Shown: piece by piece, positions 52,075-64,000 of the stretch
Layout of the letters: the number at the start of each line of letters is the position of its first letter
Position numbering within the stretch: position 1 is the first letter of the stretch
Assembly: GCA_002189035.1 (NCBI GenBank)
Contig: NEEC01000021.1
Span: forward strand, 930,001 to 994,000
DNA length: 64,000 bases
Origin: Utricularia gibba
Taxonomy: Eukaryota > Plantae > Magnoliophyta
Direction of reading: 5' to 3'
Notes under the pieces: model-generated
The model's input: only the letters and a program-made list of their open reading frames with translations
Told to the model about the DNA's origin: nothing
Database searches by the model: none
Made by a program: the position numbers and the translations under genes

Positions 52075-53759
52075 TTATTTTCGGCAACAAGGACACCCCT
52101 CACGTTTACCATCAAGGCGACGGAGGAGCTTGCGAACTCTCCGAGCGCAGCCCTGGCGTACTTTGAGCATGATTGCTTTAGGGTTGGCGCACGACCCTCC
52201 ACCCTCAGGTTGCTTCTTGGCTTCGCCTCCCTTCTCCCCAGCGCAGGTCCCCGGTTTCGTTTCCGATCCGGCGCTCAGTATTCTTACTGTGTTTCCAGTT
52301 TTCCGATGGATGTAGTCGGCCACGCTTTCCGGCGAGATCGATCCTTTTACGGTGACCCGGGAGGTATCTGCCTCTATCTCAACGCTCTCGACTCCTGTTC
52401 ACAGCCACCCCATAACTATATATACACCTCTTGAGAAGAGTCATAAGTTCGATAAGCGAATCACTCCAAACCTGGGAGCCGTTTTATCCAATTCTTGATG
52501 TCTTCAGCACAGGCGTCGCAGTGCACGTCTGCCCCCAACACCATCGTCCTCACCATCTCACAAAGCTGCATTGACTTTGATTTTAATTTTAAATTTATTT
52601 TTTTGTAATATATTAAATCGAGTTTACTTTATTGTAAATATATTATAAAAATAAAAATAAATAATCTAATTTAATTTTTTTAATTATTTATAAAAAAATT
52701 TATTGAATCAAATTTTATAATTATTTTATATTAAAATTAAAAATTCAAATTCTACTATTAACTTTAAAAATTATTGAATATCTTCAATATTTGTATTAGA
52801 GATTAGAAAAATTATAATATTTATTTTTTTTATTTATCTTAAAAATACAATAATATCATAATATTAAATTATACATAAAACAGTTTTATAATATTAAATT
52901 CATTATATTTACACAATTTTAAAACTGATTCTATTTGGTATAATATGAAGTATAACTTAAAATTACAGACTCATAGTAAGATGCTCACGTATTTTTATAT
53001 TTATGTTGCACATTTTTTATTTTCTTATTTTTCATCATACAATGTTGAAAATTTTAGAAAAAATATGCTCAAAGTTTCTAGGAAATTTTGGAAATGTAAA
53101 AAATAGTATAATTTATTTCGAAAAAAAACTGATAACATTATAAAGGTTACTATAATACATTTAAAAACTCAAAAAATATTAAATTTCAATTAAAATTATT
53201 CTAAATATCCGAAATTTTGACGAAATTTCAATCTATGTATATTCAGTACACAAGAGATTAAAAAAAGAAAAAAATGGCAGCATGTTTTTCCGACATACCT
53301 CTTTTTTCTCCGGCGGCGGCAGTGGTTCTGGGATAGGCGAGATTAGCTCCACACAACGGTGGCTTTTTTTCTCGACTATCTCCACCACCTTCCTCGCGTC
53401 AACCTTGCAGCCTCTGACGACCACCGTGTCGGCGCCGCAATCCGTTATCACCTCCGCGACGCCTGTCATGCATAAAATGGAGTTCCATGAGGCGAAACTA
53501 CAGAACACAGTGATCAGTTTTGCGAGTTACCCGGAAGACGTTGCAGGCTTCTCCGGACTTTCCGAGAACACCTAACGCAGTGCAGGAAAACCCTGACGAC
53601 GACTTCGCTCTACCGAAAGCAAAGAAGCCGGTGAGCAAGAAAAGAGGGCAGAGAAGAAGCGACGACCAGCAGGAGTCAGACGGATACCTCCCCCATCCAG
53701 CAAAAGACGCCGGAGCACCGCAGGGTCGCCGGTACGGGTGCGTATCTTCCATCATCCAT
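52075..53759 (-). CDS. Heavy-metal-associated (HMA) domain protein, HIPP/HPP-like: two HMA domains plus a truncated third; no CaaX motif (start 53759 or 53696)
   Basis: Spliced: MGE|SEVVVRVFLHCVRCSRKVRRSLQRLP|GVAEV..; MVLGADVHCDACAEDIK..|GVESVEIEADTSRVTVKG..; IMLKVRQGCARRVRKLLRRLDG. Confidence 0.78.
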
Positions 53760-55690
53760 GGCGGATTTATAGGTATTTTTTCTTTTCCTTTTTCTTTTTA
53801 TTAAAAAAAAAGTTAAAGCTACGTGGTTTTTACATAAATTTATACACAATTTTTTTTATTTAATACATGACTTGTAATGAAATATAAATGTATATCATAG
53901 TAACTTTCATTAATCTTATAATTTCACAAATATATTTACTTATTTAATTTTATTTATGCAATTAATTACCTAACTTTTATTAACTAAATAATAAATAATC
54001 ATGATTTAAGTAACTTATTTAGGAAATAATTTCATTTTTATACAAATTAATTCTATTCTACACTCTCAAATAAATTACAATGATTAATTTTAAATATTCA
54101 AAAACTAAAGATGTGAAATAATAATTGATGAGGAAGCTTTTTTAATAAAAAAATATATTACAATCATCTGTTTTTAGTGATCTATTTTGAAATATATTAT
54201 ACATTTTGTGCTTAATTTATATTTCATAAGAATTATAAATTATAAATTTATTTGATATGAAAGTTGAATTTTCACAATGATCATGAAATTTTTGTTTATC
54301 ATAATTTATTTTTCTCATATAATAATCCCCAAATGCGGTTGAAAGTGTTTTTTAATTTTGAAAGTAGGAAAATGGACAATGCTTGGGATTAGAGAATATT
54401 TTTTATGAATAAAATTTGAGAAAATGTAAAATTTATCCAATTTATATTACGCGTAAAATTGCACTTTTCAAAAATAATTTCGGATTATGCCATTCTTCAA
54501 CCATATGATATACAATTTTCAACTACTCTTATTATTTTTCTGCACAACCCTCAATGTGATATAATAAAGTTTTGTCATTAGTATAAAAGATATTAAAATG
54601 TGGCTATTGACAAAATCTGATATTACAAAACTCCTCATCCATTTACATTTTATTTATTTAATCTTTAGAATAAAGAAATTATATCTGCAAATTTACAATA
54701 AATTAAAGCAATATAGTAAGACGATATCATGAGAAAATTGTATAGTAAAATCTCAAGTTTTAATATTTTGGTAAACTTAATCCTCATTTTTTAAATATAA
54801 ATTACGTAATTGATTTCTATTAGTAAAATAAATCCCCAAAATTTCATGTATCTGCATTATTAATCACCAAACATAATTAGTTTCAACTTTCAAGTTTCAA
54901 CAATTTGTTGGGGATTAATTTTGTCAAATTTTTAAATAATTTGAAGACTAATAATGAGGATTGCAAATATTAAATTGGTGAATACAAAAATATTAGGAAT
55001 CAATTTTTTAAACATTAGGGACCAATTTTGTAATTATATTAAAAAAATGGAAACCAATTTTCTTAATGTTTTAAAACATTGGGAATAATATTAAAATGTG
55101 AGGGACATTATTGCAATTTTTTACAAATATTGGGGACCATTTACAAATGTGAGGGATTGTGGTTAGTTTGGGATCCGGAAAGAATTCCGGGTCGGGTTCT
55201 GAACAAACCCCGGATCCATGTTTTTCTTTTTCGGAGCCCCAGAGTCATTATGCTATGAACATAGACGCTATATGAATTTAATTCATCAATGGCCAAGTGG
55301 AGGTACAACACAATGCAGTTTAGTATCTAGTCATGTGTTTAAAAAAAAATAAATGCTATTTAATTTAAAATTTCCTAGAGTTGAAAAAAGAAAGAAATAG
55401 CTGGTGCTAATAGTCAAATAAATTATTTATTTATTTAAAAAAGGACATGGAAGATGGTATAAATCTTGCTAATTTCTATGAATTTTAATTACTAGTAGGT
55501 ACCCAAGGAAATGCATTGTGGAAATTAAGGGGATATTTGATGGTCTACTATTATATTTTTTATAGTGCATTTAATAATTTATAATTATATTTAAATATTT
55601 TAAAAATTAATAATGTTGATTTAAAGGGATTGAATACAATCTAATAATGAATCAATTGGATCCATAGGTTTAAGTTATTTGAATTTAAAT

Positions 55691-55848
55691 CAATGTTTTA
55701 AAAACGGGTTCGACCCATCATCCAAATTATAATGAATTGAATCCATTACCCATATGCTATAATATTTCAAAATTTCAAACTTTTTTCTTAATGTATTATA
55801 AATAGCATTGAATTCAAACCTAAAAAATCGTAAGATTTTAAAACATTG
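55691..55848. mobile_element. hAT-type MITE (158 bp)
   Basis: 13-bp TIRs CAATGTTTTAAAA / TTTTAAAACATTG; 8-bp flanks atttaaat / gtttaaat (7 of 8 match, consistent with a TSD). Confidence 0.75.
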
Positions 55849-56299
55849 GTTTAAATAAACCTAAATGTGTAAGTATAAGAATACTTATATCCCTTCTTGG
55901 ATATACACATGCTCATATAGAAGGATATTATAGTATACCTATATAATAAGGGCTACAATTATTTAAATTCATCATAAATCGATTTCAAAAGTACATATCA
56001 AGCAAGGGCTAAGTGGTAAAATGGCATGCTCCAATTCACCCAGTCTATTTACCCTAAAAACTTGTGCTTCACATACTCCTATGATGTAAGGAGATCAAGG
56101 AGCAGCATCAGACATTTAATGTTAGAATCAGAGGTTATATCAAGGGCAGTCCTAAATGTCAATGCATGGGCTTATTAAATTCTCAAAATAAAACCTAAAT
56201 GTCAATGCATTGGCTAAACTGGTGTCTATAAATGCACACCAAACCCTAGAAACACACAGGTGCCATACCCTTTCTGTCTCCCATCTTCAGAGAGAAAGG

Positions 56300-56731
56300 A
56301 TGAGGAGAGTTCAGAGCTTTCTGGTAATGGCGATGCTGGTTTTCCTTATCATCAGTACTGAGGCCGATGATGGGCCTGAGCATCCCGGGGGTCGCGGCCA
56401 TCATCGTCCTCCGTCAGCTCCCGCGCCGTCGCCGTGCGACCACCACCACCACGCTCCATCGCCGTCGCCCCGCGGGCCCCCCGTCCTGATCCTGACCACG
56501 GTCGTGATCATGATGGGAAACATCCGGGATCGCCGTGGCCCGCCCCCATCGCCGTGTCAATCCTTGACATCCTTCCAATCTGTCTGCGATGCTCATCAGT
56601 CGTCACTACTACTTACTAGCAATAAACGACGACTGAGATGCGGAAGCAGAGTAGAAGTTCGCCGGCACGGTTCAGGCTGGTCTTCTCCGAGGAGGAAGTT
56701 GAAATTAGGGTTTCCTTCCTGTTTCTTGTAA
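56300..56731 (+). CDS. Small secreted His/Pro-rich (AGP-like) protein; C-terminal reading frame uncertain
   Basis: TATA-like tataaat at about 56227; signal peptide MRRVQSFLVMAMLVFLIISTEA; GHHRPPSAPAPSPCDHHHHAPSPSP. Confidence 0.6.
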   Translation: MRRVQSFLVMAMLVFLIISTEADDGPEHPGGRGHHRPPSAPAPSPCDHHHHAPSPSPRGPPVLILTTVVIMMGNIRDRRGPPPSPCQSLTSFQSVCDAHQSSLLLTSNKRRLRCGSRVEVRRHGSGWSSPRRKLKLGFPSCFL

Positions 56732-57601
56732 TCCTTCTTGGTACATGATCATGCTCAACTTTGCTGTGTTAGAATGAATAAGCTTGGTGTCTCTCTGCTA
56801 TGTTTTGTAAAATTATGTTTCGCCAAAAACACTTTTAAAAAAGAAGTTGGATCTCTGTAACTTCTTAAAAATTAGATTTTTCCTCTGTTTAGAATATAAG
56901 TCACTCGTATTTAATAATTAAATTATTCAGTTTGGAATAATTTTTGTTTGAGGAGAATCAATCTAAAAGCGATTTTGTTATTAAACACGAACGATTTCTA
57001 TTTTAAATTCTATTTGGAATTATTTTAGTTTGTGAATAAATATTTTATAAACTGTTTTGATACTAAATACAAACTATTTCTGTTTCAAAAAATTTAAAAA
57101 TTTAGAAATGTTTATCATTTTAAATTAATTGAAAAACATCAATTTCTAATTTTTCAAATGAATAATTTTATTATTCAATACAATTATTTTTGTATAAAAA
57201 AGAATAGAAATTTTGAAGCGTTTCTTATGCACATAATTTATAAAGCAACCCAAATTGGTTGGTGGTCTCAAATCTCATTTATCTTATATTTCTTATTTTC
57301 AAAATTAGAATTCAATTTAAATGAATAAAAATCAATTATTGTTTTTGTGCCATTTTTCCCTATGGATTGGTGGTCTCAAATCTCAAATCTCATTTATCCC
57401 TATGGATTGCCATATTAGGAGAAATTGCCATTTTTGTCCCCAAATCATGAAAATGCGCACAAAAGTCACATCAAATCGACTAATTCTATTTTCACCCCAA
57501 AATAACTTCAAAATTTCAATCAAGGGAGATATGACCCTGTGTGTAAATACTAATAAATGGCCTAAAACAGATTGTTTTTCTCCGCCGGGGAATCCAGAGA
57601 A

Positions 57602-59140
57602 ATGTCTCCGTCGACGACTCCGCCGCTGAAGGATGATTTGGACATCGTCGTAACCTCTACAGGGAATGACGTCGATTTCCTCGAAATGTGGCGTCCTTTC
57701 TTCCAGCACTATCATCTAATCGTTGTTCACCACGGCGATTCCTCTAAGAAGGTCAACGTTCCTCAGGGATTCGATTACGAGCTCTTCAATCGGGATGACA
57801 TTAATCGGATGCTGGGATCTAAGGCCTCCTGCTTGTCCTTTAAAGATTCTTTCGCTGCCGCACGATGTTTCGGTTACCTCGTCTCGAAAAAGAAGTGCAT
57901 CTACACCATTGATAGAGATTGCTGCGTAAGCCTTCTCCTCGACCGTTTCTGGGCTTCTTTTTTCCCTTAGTTGATCGATCATTAATAGATAGGTTTTAAT
58001 TGATTTGAATGAAAAGCTCTGATCTGTGCTAAGTTGGCATTGTCCTTGCGTGTGACTTTTTGCTCATAATTCTAAGTAAAGATGATATTCTTGTTTTTTT
58101 TGTTCCATTTGGGCTGCCGATTTGATCGAAATGCAGGGGGTGGGGGGGGGGGAATGAGCTTCACTTTGTGGGATGCTGCTTGATCTGTTATTCTACTTGA
58201 AACAGGTCGCTAAGGATACGAATGGGAAATATATCAATGCTTTAGCGCAGCACATACAGAATTTGCTGACTCCATCCACGCCATTGTTTTTCAACACATT
58301 GTACGATCCCTATAGAGAAGGGGCTGATTTTGTGCGTGGTTATCCATTCAGCATGCGGGAGGGTGTACCCACTGCTGTTTCCCATGGTCTCTGTCTCTAT
58401 AATCAGCTCCCCACCAGGTTAACCAGACAGTGATCAACATCTTTGTTCGATGCAAGTGCGATGCCGCTTTTTTATTGTCCTACTTGACTTCTAGCACAGG
58501 TATGTGGATGCTGTTCTAACAATTCCAAAGGGAGCTCTTTTTCCCATGAGTGGGATGAACCTTGCCTTCAACAGAGATCTCATTGGTCCTGCGATGTACT
58601 CCCCACTGATCGGGGATGGAGAGTCTTTTGGAAGAGATGACGATATGTGGGCTGGCTTATGCACTAAGGTGACATACTTTATTCACTTTTGTGCATATGC
58701 TGACCCTGCTTCTGTCACCGGAAATGGGATGACGAATTGATTCTTAAAAATATGCTCATGCATCTGTAACATCCAAATGATGTAAGAAGAAACAACTATA
58801 TGCTTCAGTTCTTGAACCCGTTTCATTATCACAGGTTATTGCAGACCATTTGGGGCTGGGAGTGAAGACCGGGCTTCCATACGTTTACAGCAAATCTTCT
58901 GCCAACCCAAAGGAGGACAAACGCATGACCCCATGGCAAGACGACATTATCTCGTTTTTCCAGTGTGTTGTCCTCCCAAGAGAATGCATAACGGTGCAAA
59001 AATGCTACATTGAGTTGTCTAAGCTCGTCAAGGAGAAGCTCTCCTCAGTCGATCCCTACTTCTCAAAACTTGCCGATGCGATGGTTACATGGATTGAGGC
59101 CTGGGAAGAACTCAATCAACAGCCTACTCTTATATCCTAA
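57602..59140 (+). CDS. RGP: Divergent reversibly glycosylated polypeptide / UDP-arabinopyranose mutase (class 1 RGP-like); 4 exons
   Basis: [77 protein letters not shown]. Confidence 0.9.
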
Positions 59141-59512
59141 GATCAATGGATGGTGTAGAGTTAACTTGATTTTACACCCCAAGCCAATGTGGCGCTTGTG
59201 CTTTGCTAGTTTTATGTTCCAAGGTAATCAACTGATGATGCTATTCCGGTTGCATTGAACAGATCACGGTATATATGACTAACAGATTGTCTGCAAATCA
59301 TGAATCTTGTTTGAGACAAGGCTACTTGTGCAGAAGTAGAATCCATGATGAGATACAAAAGAGAAACAGCCTCCCTCTGAGGGAAACACAAACTTACGGT
59401 TGATTCAGCAAAAGATCATATCACATGAATGAGCAAAGCTCCAGTACCTTGTTTCTGCTTATTTCTTACTGTCCACCAAAGGTAATGTAGCAGACAGGGC
59501 ATGGCCCAACTC

Positions 59513-61050
59513 TCACAAAGAAATCCCCAGAGATGATTTCAGCTTCTCGAGTTCGAGATACACTGTTGAATAGGGCAGAAACTCGGACATGTAGCTCTGG
59601 CAGAGGTCATTTATAGCAACAGCAAGTTTAGGGATCTCTAGAGTTTCCTCATGAGTCAGAGTCCTCACGAACTTTGCAGGATTTCCAGACCAGAGCTCGC
59701 CACTTGGTATTCTCCTTCCGGGAGGAACCACAGACCCTGCTTCAAGGATGGAATGTGTCTCAACCAATGAGCCCTCCATCAAGATGGAGTGCTGGCCGAT
59801 GATGCATTCAGGTTCGATGGTGCAGGATCGCAGAAGACAGTATGCACCCACGGTAACATATCGATCGATCAATGTCTCTGCTGGGAGACCTGGCAAACAT
59901 GCATAATGCATAAAAAAGAGATCAAACATCCTGGAATCCATACAAAATGTTCTAAAGAACAACCGAAACAACAGAGAAAATATGACCCTTTCTCAGGAAC
60001 GTTCTGTGGATTGAGCTTTGGTACTTGTGATAATGTTTCAAAGTACTGACGCTTGAGACATGAATAGATGACAAACATAACAAATTACAAAAGTTCATGA
60101 ATTAAAAACTAATGATCAGTCATGATCACCAACCGCATGAACTTGAACAATGCCACCCAAACTGCATGTTTGGGTTGCCTAAAAGCGAAATTGCAAACCC
60201 ATTATCCCTTTTTCAAACCTATAGCAATGGTAACATGTATCTACTAGAGGAATGCAAGATTTCCTACTCCAACTGCTTCTTATCTTCCCGTAACACATCA
60301 GCTAAAACCCCAAAATGACAGCATGGCCTGTTGAATTTGCAAATGATGGACCAAATGCATATCTAGTACATAAACCCTCAATTCACCCTTCAGTAATAAA
60401 GGCTGAAAAATGCAGCCTTCGCACGCCCATATACAAAAGCTCAAGTTCAAGCCCATATCTTTGTTATATTCAACGCTGCAACAGGTAAACATCAAGCTGA
60501 ACATCTATTTGTTTCCTAAAAGATCCAAATGATGTGCGAGCCCTACCCAATACTTCCAATACATGTGTTCTTTGGATTTCTACACTATGGAAAAAGTGGA
60601 TTCCCCAGTACACAAAAAGAGCCCCCAATACCACACCAAATCCTAAATCAATAACAACTTACCTGTAGGAGAGGACCAGGCAGCATGAACAACAGACCGC
60701 TCCTGGACACTGGAACAAAACCCAACAGAAATCTTGTTAAGATCGCCCCTCAAAACAGCGCCGTTCCACACCGAAGCACCATCGTACACCACAACTTGAC
60801 CGGCCAAAACCACATTGGGCGCGACATAAGCATCGACGGCGATCTTGGGGCACCACTGACCCAACGGAATGATCCTCCTCTGACCCCTATAATCCCATTT
60901 AACTCGATCCGCAGACTCTCTGATAACTGGGGCTATTGGGTGTTCCGGGCTCACGGCCAATTGCGCAGCTTCCGTCGAAAAGGCGCTACTCGGAGCTGCG
61001 CAGAGAGTCCTCGGAAGCAGCCTCCTCGAAATCCTCCCTAAAATCGACAT
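59513..61050 (-). CDS. GAMMACAL: Mitochondrial gamma carbonic anhydrase-like complex I subunit (gamma-CAL1/2); 2 exons
   Basis: RVKWDYRGQRRIIPLGQW, AYVAPNVVLAGQV, VHAAWSSPTGLPAET, LPYSTVYLELEKLK. Confidence 0.93.
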
Positions 61051-61628
61051 TTGCTTCCGATTGTATTCCCCTTCCTTGAAGACTTCTGGATTGTGGAAAC
61101 AAGCACCAAGAACACGCAGAAGTGGGATCAGTGCGCAAATTGCTAAGGCAACAGACTTTGCCAAAAATGGGCCTGGGCTTCATGATTACCGGCCCAAACA
61201 GCCCATTCAAAAAATGTAACAAAAACAATCGTCATTGTGAATCTAGTAATGTGCACATTGTTTTAAAATCCGGAATAATTAATAATTTTCTGAAATTTTA
61301 AATCATTAAATTTAAATAATATTATTTTTTTCTTCTGTATTTTCTGTTTTCTTATATAAAATTTATAGGTAAATTTTTTTTATTTTTCTTCTTTTCATTT
61401 TTTGCTTCCAAAGTTTCACGAAACATAGTATTAAATTTTTAAAGACTGGGCTTAAAAAAGATTAAATTTATTTTTTAAATTAAATGTAAACAGTTTTTTT
61501 ATTGATTATATACTTTTATACAGATAATAATAAAATAATACAACAAAAAATAAGTTAATATTTGAATACAATTAAATCCTACTTTTTTAACTATGTGAAA
61601 AGACCAAATACCCCATACGCTTCTAAGC

Positions 61629-62527
61629 TCAACGTACTTGTGTCTGAACGAACGCATCAAGAGCTTCGATCATCCATGGATGCACGCATGCTTCTCTTGC
61701 TTCTTTGATCCGCATCTGCAAGACAGGCATCCATGTGTTCGACGTTATGCCTCAAAGATTCAAGATGCGAGTTGAAAACGATTGAAATCAAATCTGATGT
61801 TTCCATGTATTTACCCAAACTCGTTGCCGGACATTCTTCTCCGGCCAGTTATCGAGCTCCTCTTCCACGAGCAGCGTGAACATTGATCCCTTGTGAAGCG
61901 TCTCCTGGCTATTGCTTTTGAAAGTCCATTCTCCTAACTTCACCTGCATTAGTAAGCAGTATAACATGTTCGTCAGCAATGGCTCCATTTCTGCTGTTTT
62001 AGGAAGAGGGACAGGAGTTTTTACTGATACGAACCCCCAGTGATCCAACCACTCCGGCTTCCTCTAAGGTTTCTCTGGATGCAGCATGTTCAATGCCCTC
62101 ATCTAGTTCCCAGCCACCCTGAAAGCACAAGAACAGAAACTTCATTCCCTGATTCCATAATATTGGACCATGAAATTGCACAGATTCCAAATGGTTCCTT
62201 GCACAAATCTATGACTTGTACTCCAAATCTTATGTATGTGTTTACCTTAGGGAACATCAGCTTGGGGCTTTTCTGGGAGGTGACCAGAAGAACCTCCAAG
62301 TCTCCTTGCGCTTGAAGGGAAGAAGACACGCCCTCATTGATTCTCCTGTATGGAATACACCTGCAAAAGGAAAAGCACAAATCAACACAGGATTCGGGGG
62401 ATAAAGGTGAAGACAGCCACGAAAATGCATACCCAACAACCAACCGAACCCCCTTGCTGTATCTCTGCAAGCATCTACCGGAGCGAGGCGGGGAAGAGGC
62501 GAGATGCCTGATCTGAATAGACGCCAT
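61629..62527 (-). CDS. Nudix hydrolase (NUDT17/18-like); 5 exons
   Basis: RSGRCLQRYSKGVRLVVGCIPYR, Nudix box FPKGGWELDEGIEHAASRETLEEAGV, WPEKNVRQRVW, final exon EAREACVHPWMIEALD. Confidence 0.9.
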
Positions 62528-63599
62528 TGAAATTGCACGCAAAACAGAATCTTTCTCCAAACCCAGAACTCCCTTCGTAACAATTTTTACAGTTTGACAA
62601 TCGAAATCGAATCTACAGGTTTGACGAGAATCAAGATTCCGGCTCCTCCCTCCTTAAGTAGAAAGGATTTCATCCCCGTAGCCGCCTCTTTCGTCAATAA
62701 AAGAAGACTCTCCAGCGTTGCGTTCCCTTCGCCGCGTAAGCTTCCCGGGAATAGCCACGAAGTTGCGGCTGTTCTAGATATCAAATAGAATAATCTATTT
62801 CAAATATAATTGAACCAAAACGGAATCGACGAAACAACGACGAACATTCGGTTATTGAAATTTAGAAAAGATAATAATTAAATTAATTAGAATTTATCAT
62901 ATATATTATTTTATAAATACATAAATTTAATCAGATAATTTCTAAATTCTCGAATTCATTTTAAATTTTAGTAAAATTTAATAAGGTAGTCTAGAAAACA
63001 TGTTATTTTATTTATTTTTTTTTTTACTTTTCACTCCATATTTGAAAATAGAAACCAGAGACTTTGAACACAGTATTTTTTGAAATAAATAAATAAATTC
63101 AATTATAATCATCTTCTAGAAAATAAGAAATCTATTTTTGATATTAAAAATTTTTGTTGTTCATCGGAAAATGACATTTTTAGTCTCAATCATCACATTT
63201 AATTTTCTTCATAAAACTCAAATTGAAGATAATTTTGCAAATACACATAATTTTAGTAATTTATAAAATAGTAATAAATTGAGAAAAACGAACGGTTCAA
63301 TCATAATTTATTTATTTATTTTTATCATGATGTAAAACACTAGTAGAGATTATCTCCATACTTTTTCCCATGCTTTTTTGAATGGATTGTAACAGCGCTG
63401 AAGGCGAAGGCAGAATGCTGGGGTTTGAGAAGACGCATCCAGAGGCACATGCCTGCTGCTGCAAAGCATGGACCATGTCTGGACGGGAAGTCCACGCAAG
63501 ACCATACTTTTGTCACTCAACAGTAGGATCATCCCCACCCAACCCTTGCTTCAATCCGGTAATAAAATCACATATTGAAATTCAATATCCGATAGATTA

Positions 63600-63912
63600 G
63601 ATGAAAACATGTGAAGTTTAAATTCATAATAAATATAAATCATATTAAAAAAGATTAAACTAAATCGAATATTAATAATTTATAATTTTTTATATACATT
63701 ATTATTTCAATTTCAAATTTTGATGTGTTATTAGTTGTTCTTATTAGAACACATAACCCTATATCAAAAAATGAAAGTATCATAATTAAGTATATAAGAA
63801 TTTATAAATTATAATTAATCAATTAGATCTAATTTTTTCTATTATAATTCATGATTTTTTGTAATCTAATGATCGTTGAATACTGAATTTTAACAGTTCT
63901 AATAACACACCC
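63600..63912. mobile_element. AT-rich MITE remnant, probably related to the element at 1001-1310
   Basis: Ends in ttctaataacacaccc, similar to the right terminus ttctagaacacacc; interior is strongly AT-rich with no ORF. Confidence 0.4.
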
Positions 63913-64000
63913 AAAGTCTAGCATCCTAATTCTGAGTGACCCAGAGCAGAGCCACCCTCCCCTACGGGGGAGCCTCCGTTTGTCGCCTGAGTCCCGATGC

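Noticed and set aside
55171-55217. GGATCCGG...CCGGATCC inverted repeat with a GGGTCGGGTT motif
   Set aside because: Only 8-bp arms, within a patchwork of MITE/Mutator-like remnants (agggac motifs at about 54950-55160); no evidence of function.
58136-58152. G5-T-G11 run in RGP intron 1 (possible G-quadruplex)
   Set aside because: A simple homopolymer whose length is unreliable in this assembly; no supporting context.
63915-64000. GC-rich end with a C(UACG)G hairpin
   Set aside because: Truncated by the window edge; matches no ncRNA I recognise and may be the end of the next gene.

Overview
Gene-dense plant (eudicot-like) nuclear DNA with short introns. I can support 18 protein-coding loci plus one pseudogene: CHX antiporter, a repetitive type-I membrane glycoprotein, a SET-domain methyltransferase, a DUF3326 protein, MSH2, a Cir_N/LENG1-like protein, DDA1, an adenylosuccinate synthetase pseudogene, SEX4, AUG7, SEC24-like, V-ATPase subunit C, TPD1-like, BC10-like glycosyltransferase, SWI3A, an HMA-domain protein, a His/Pro-rich secreted peptide, a divergent RGP/UAM, gamma-CAL and a Nudix hydrolase (counting the secreted peptide, my least certain call, gives 19 coding loci). 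AT-rich spacers carry MITE remnants. The most striking signal is non-coding: two complete type-P1 twister self-cleaving ribozymes on the + strand (98-167 and 24514-24584). They sit in two diverged copies of an ORF-less repeat, and their cores are conserved with compensatory changes while the flanks have drifted. Copy 2 appears to lie inside a predicted intron of a TATA-driven non-coding transcript. Secondary observations: a triply disabled ADSS; 4 of 12 SEX4 introns non-canonical (three GC-AG, one U12-like); a remodelled RGP paralog; and 1-nt deletions in G/C runs (CHX, MSH2, SEX4) that are most likely assembly errors. All gene models and structures were built by eye. No database search or folding program was run, and comparisons to known proteins and RNAs are from memory.
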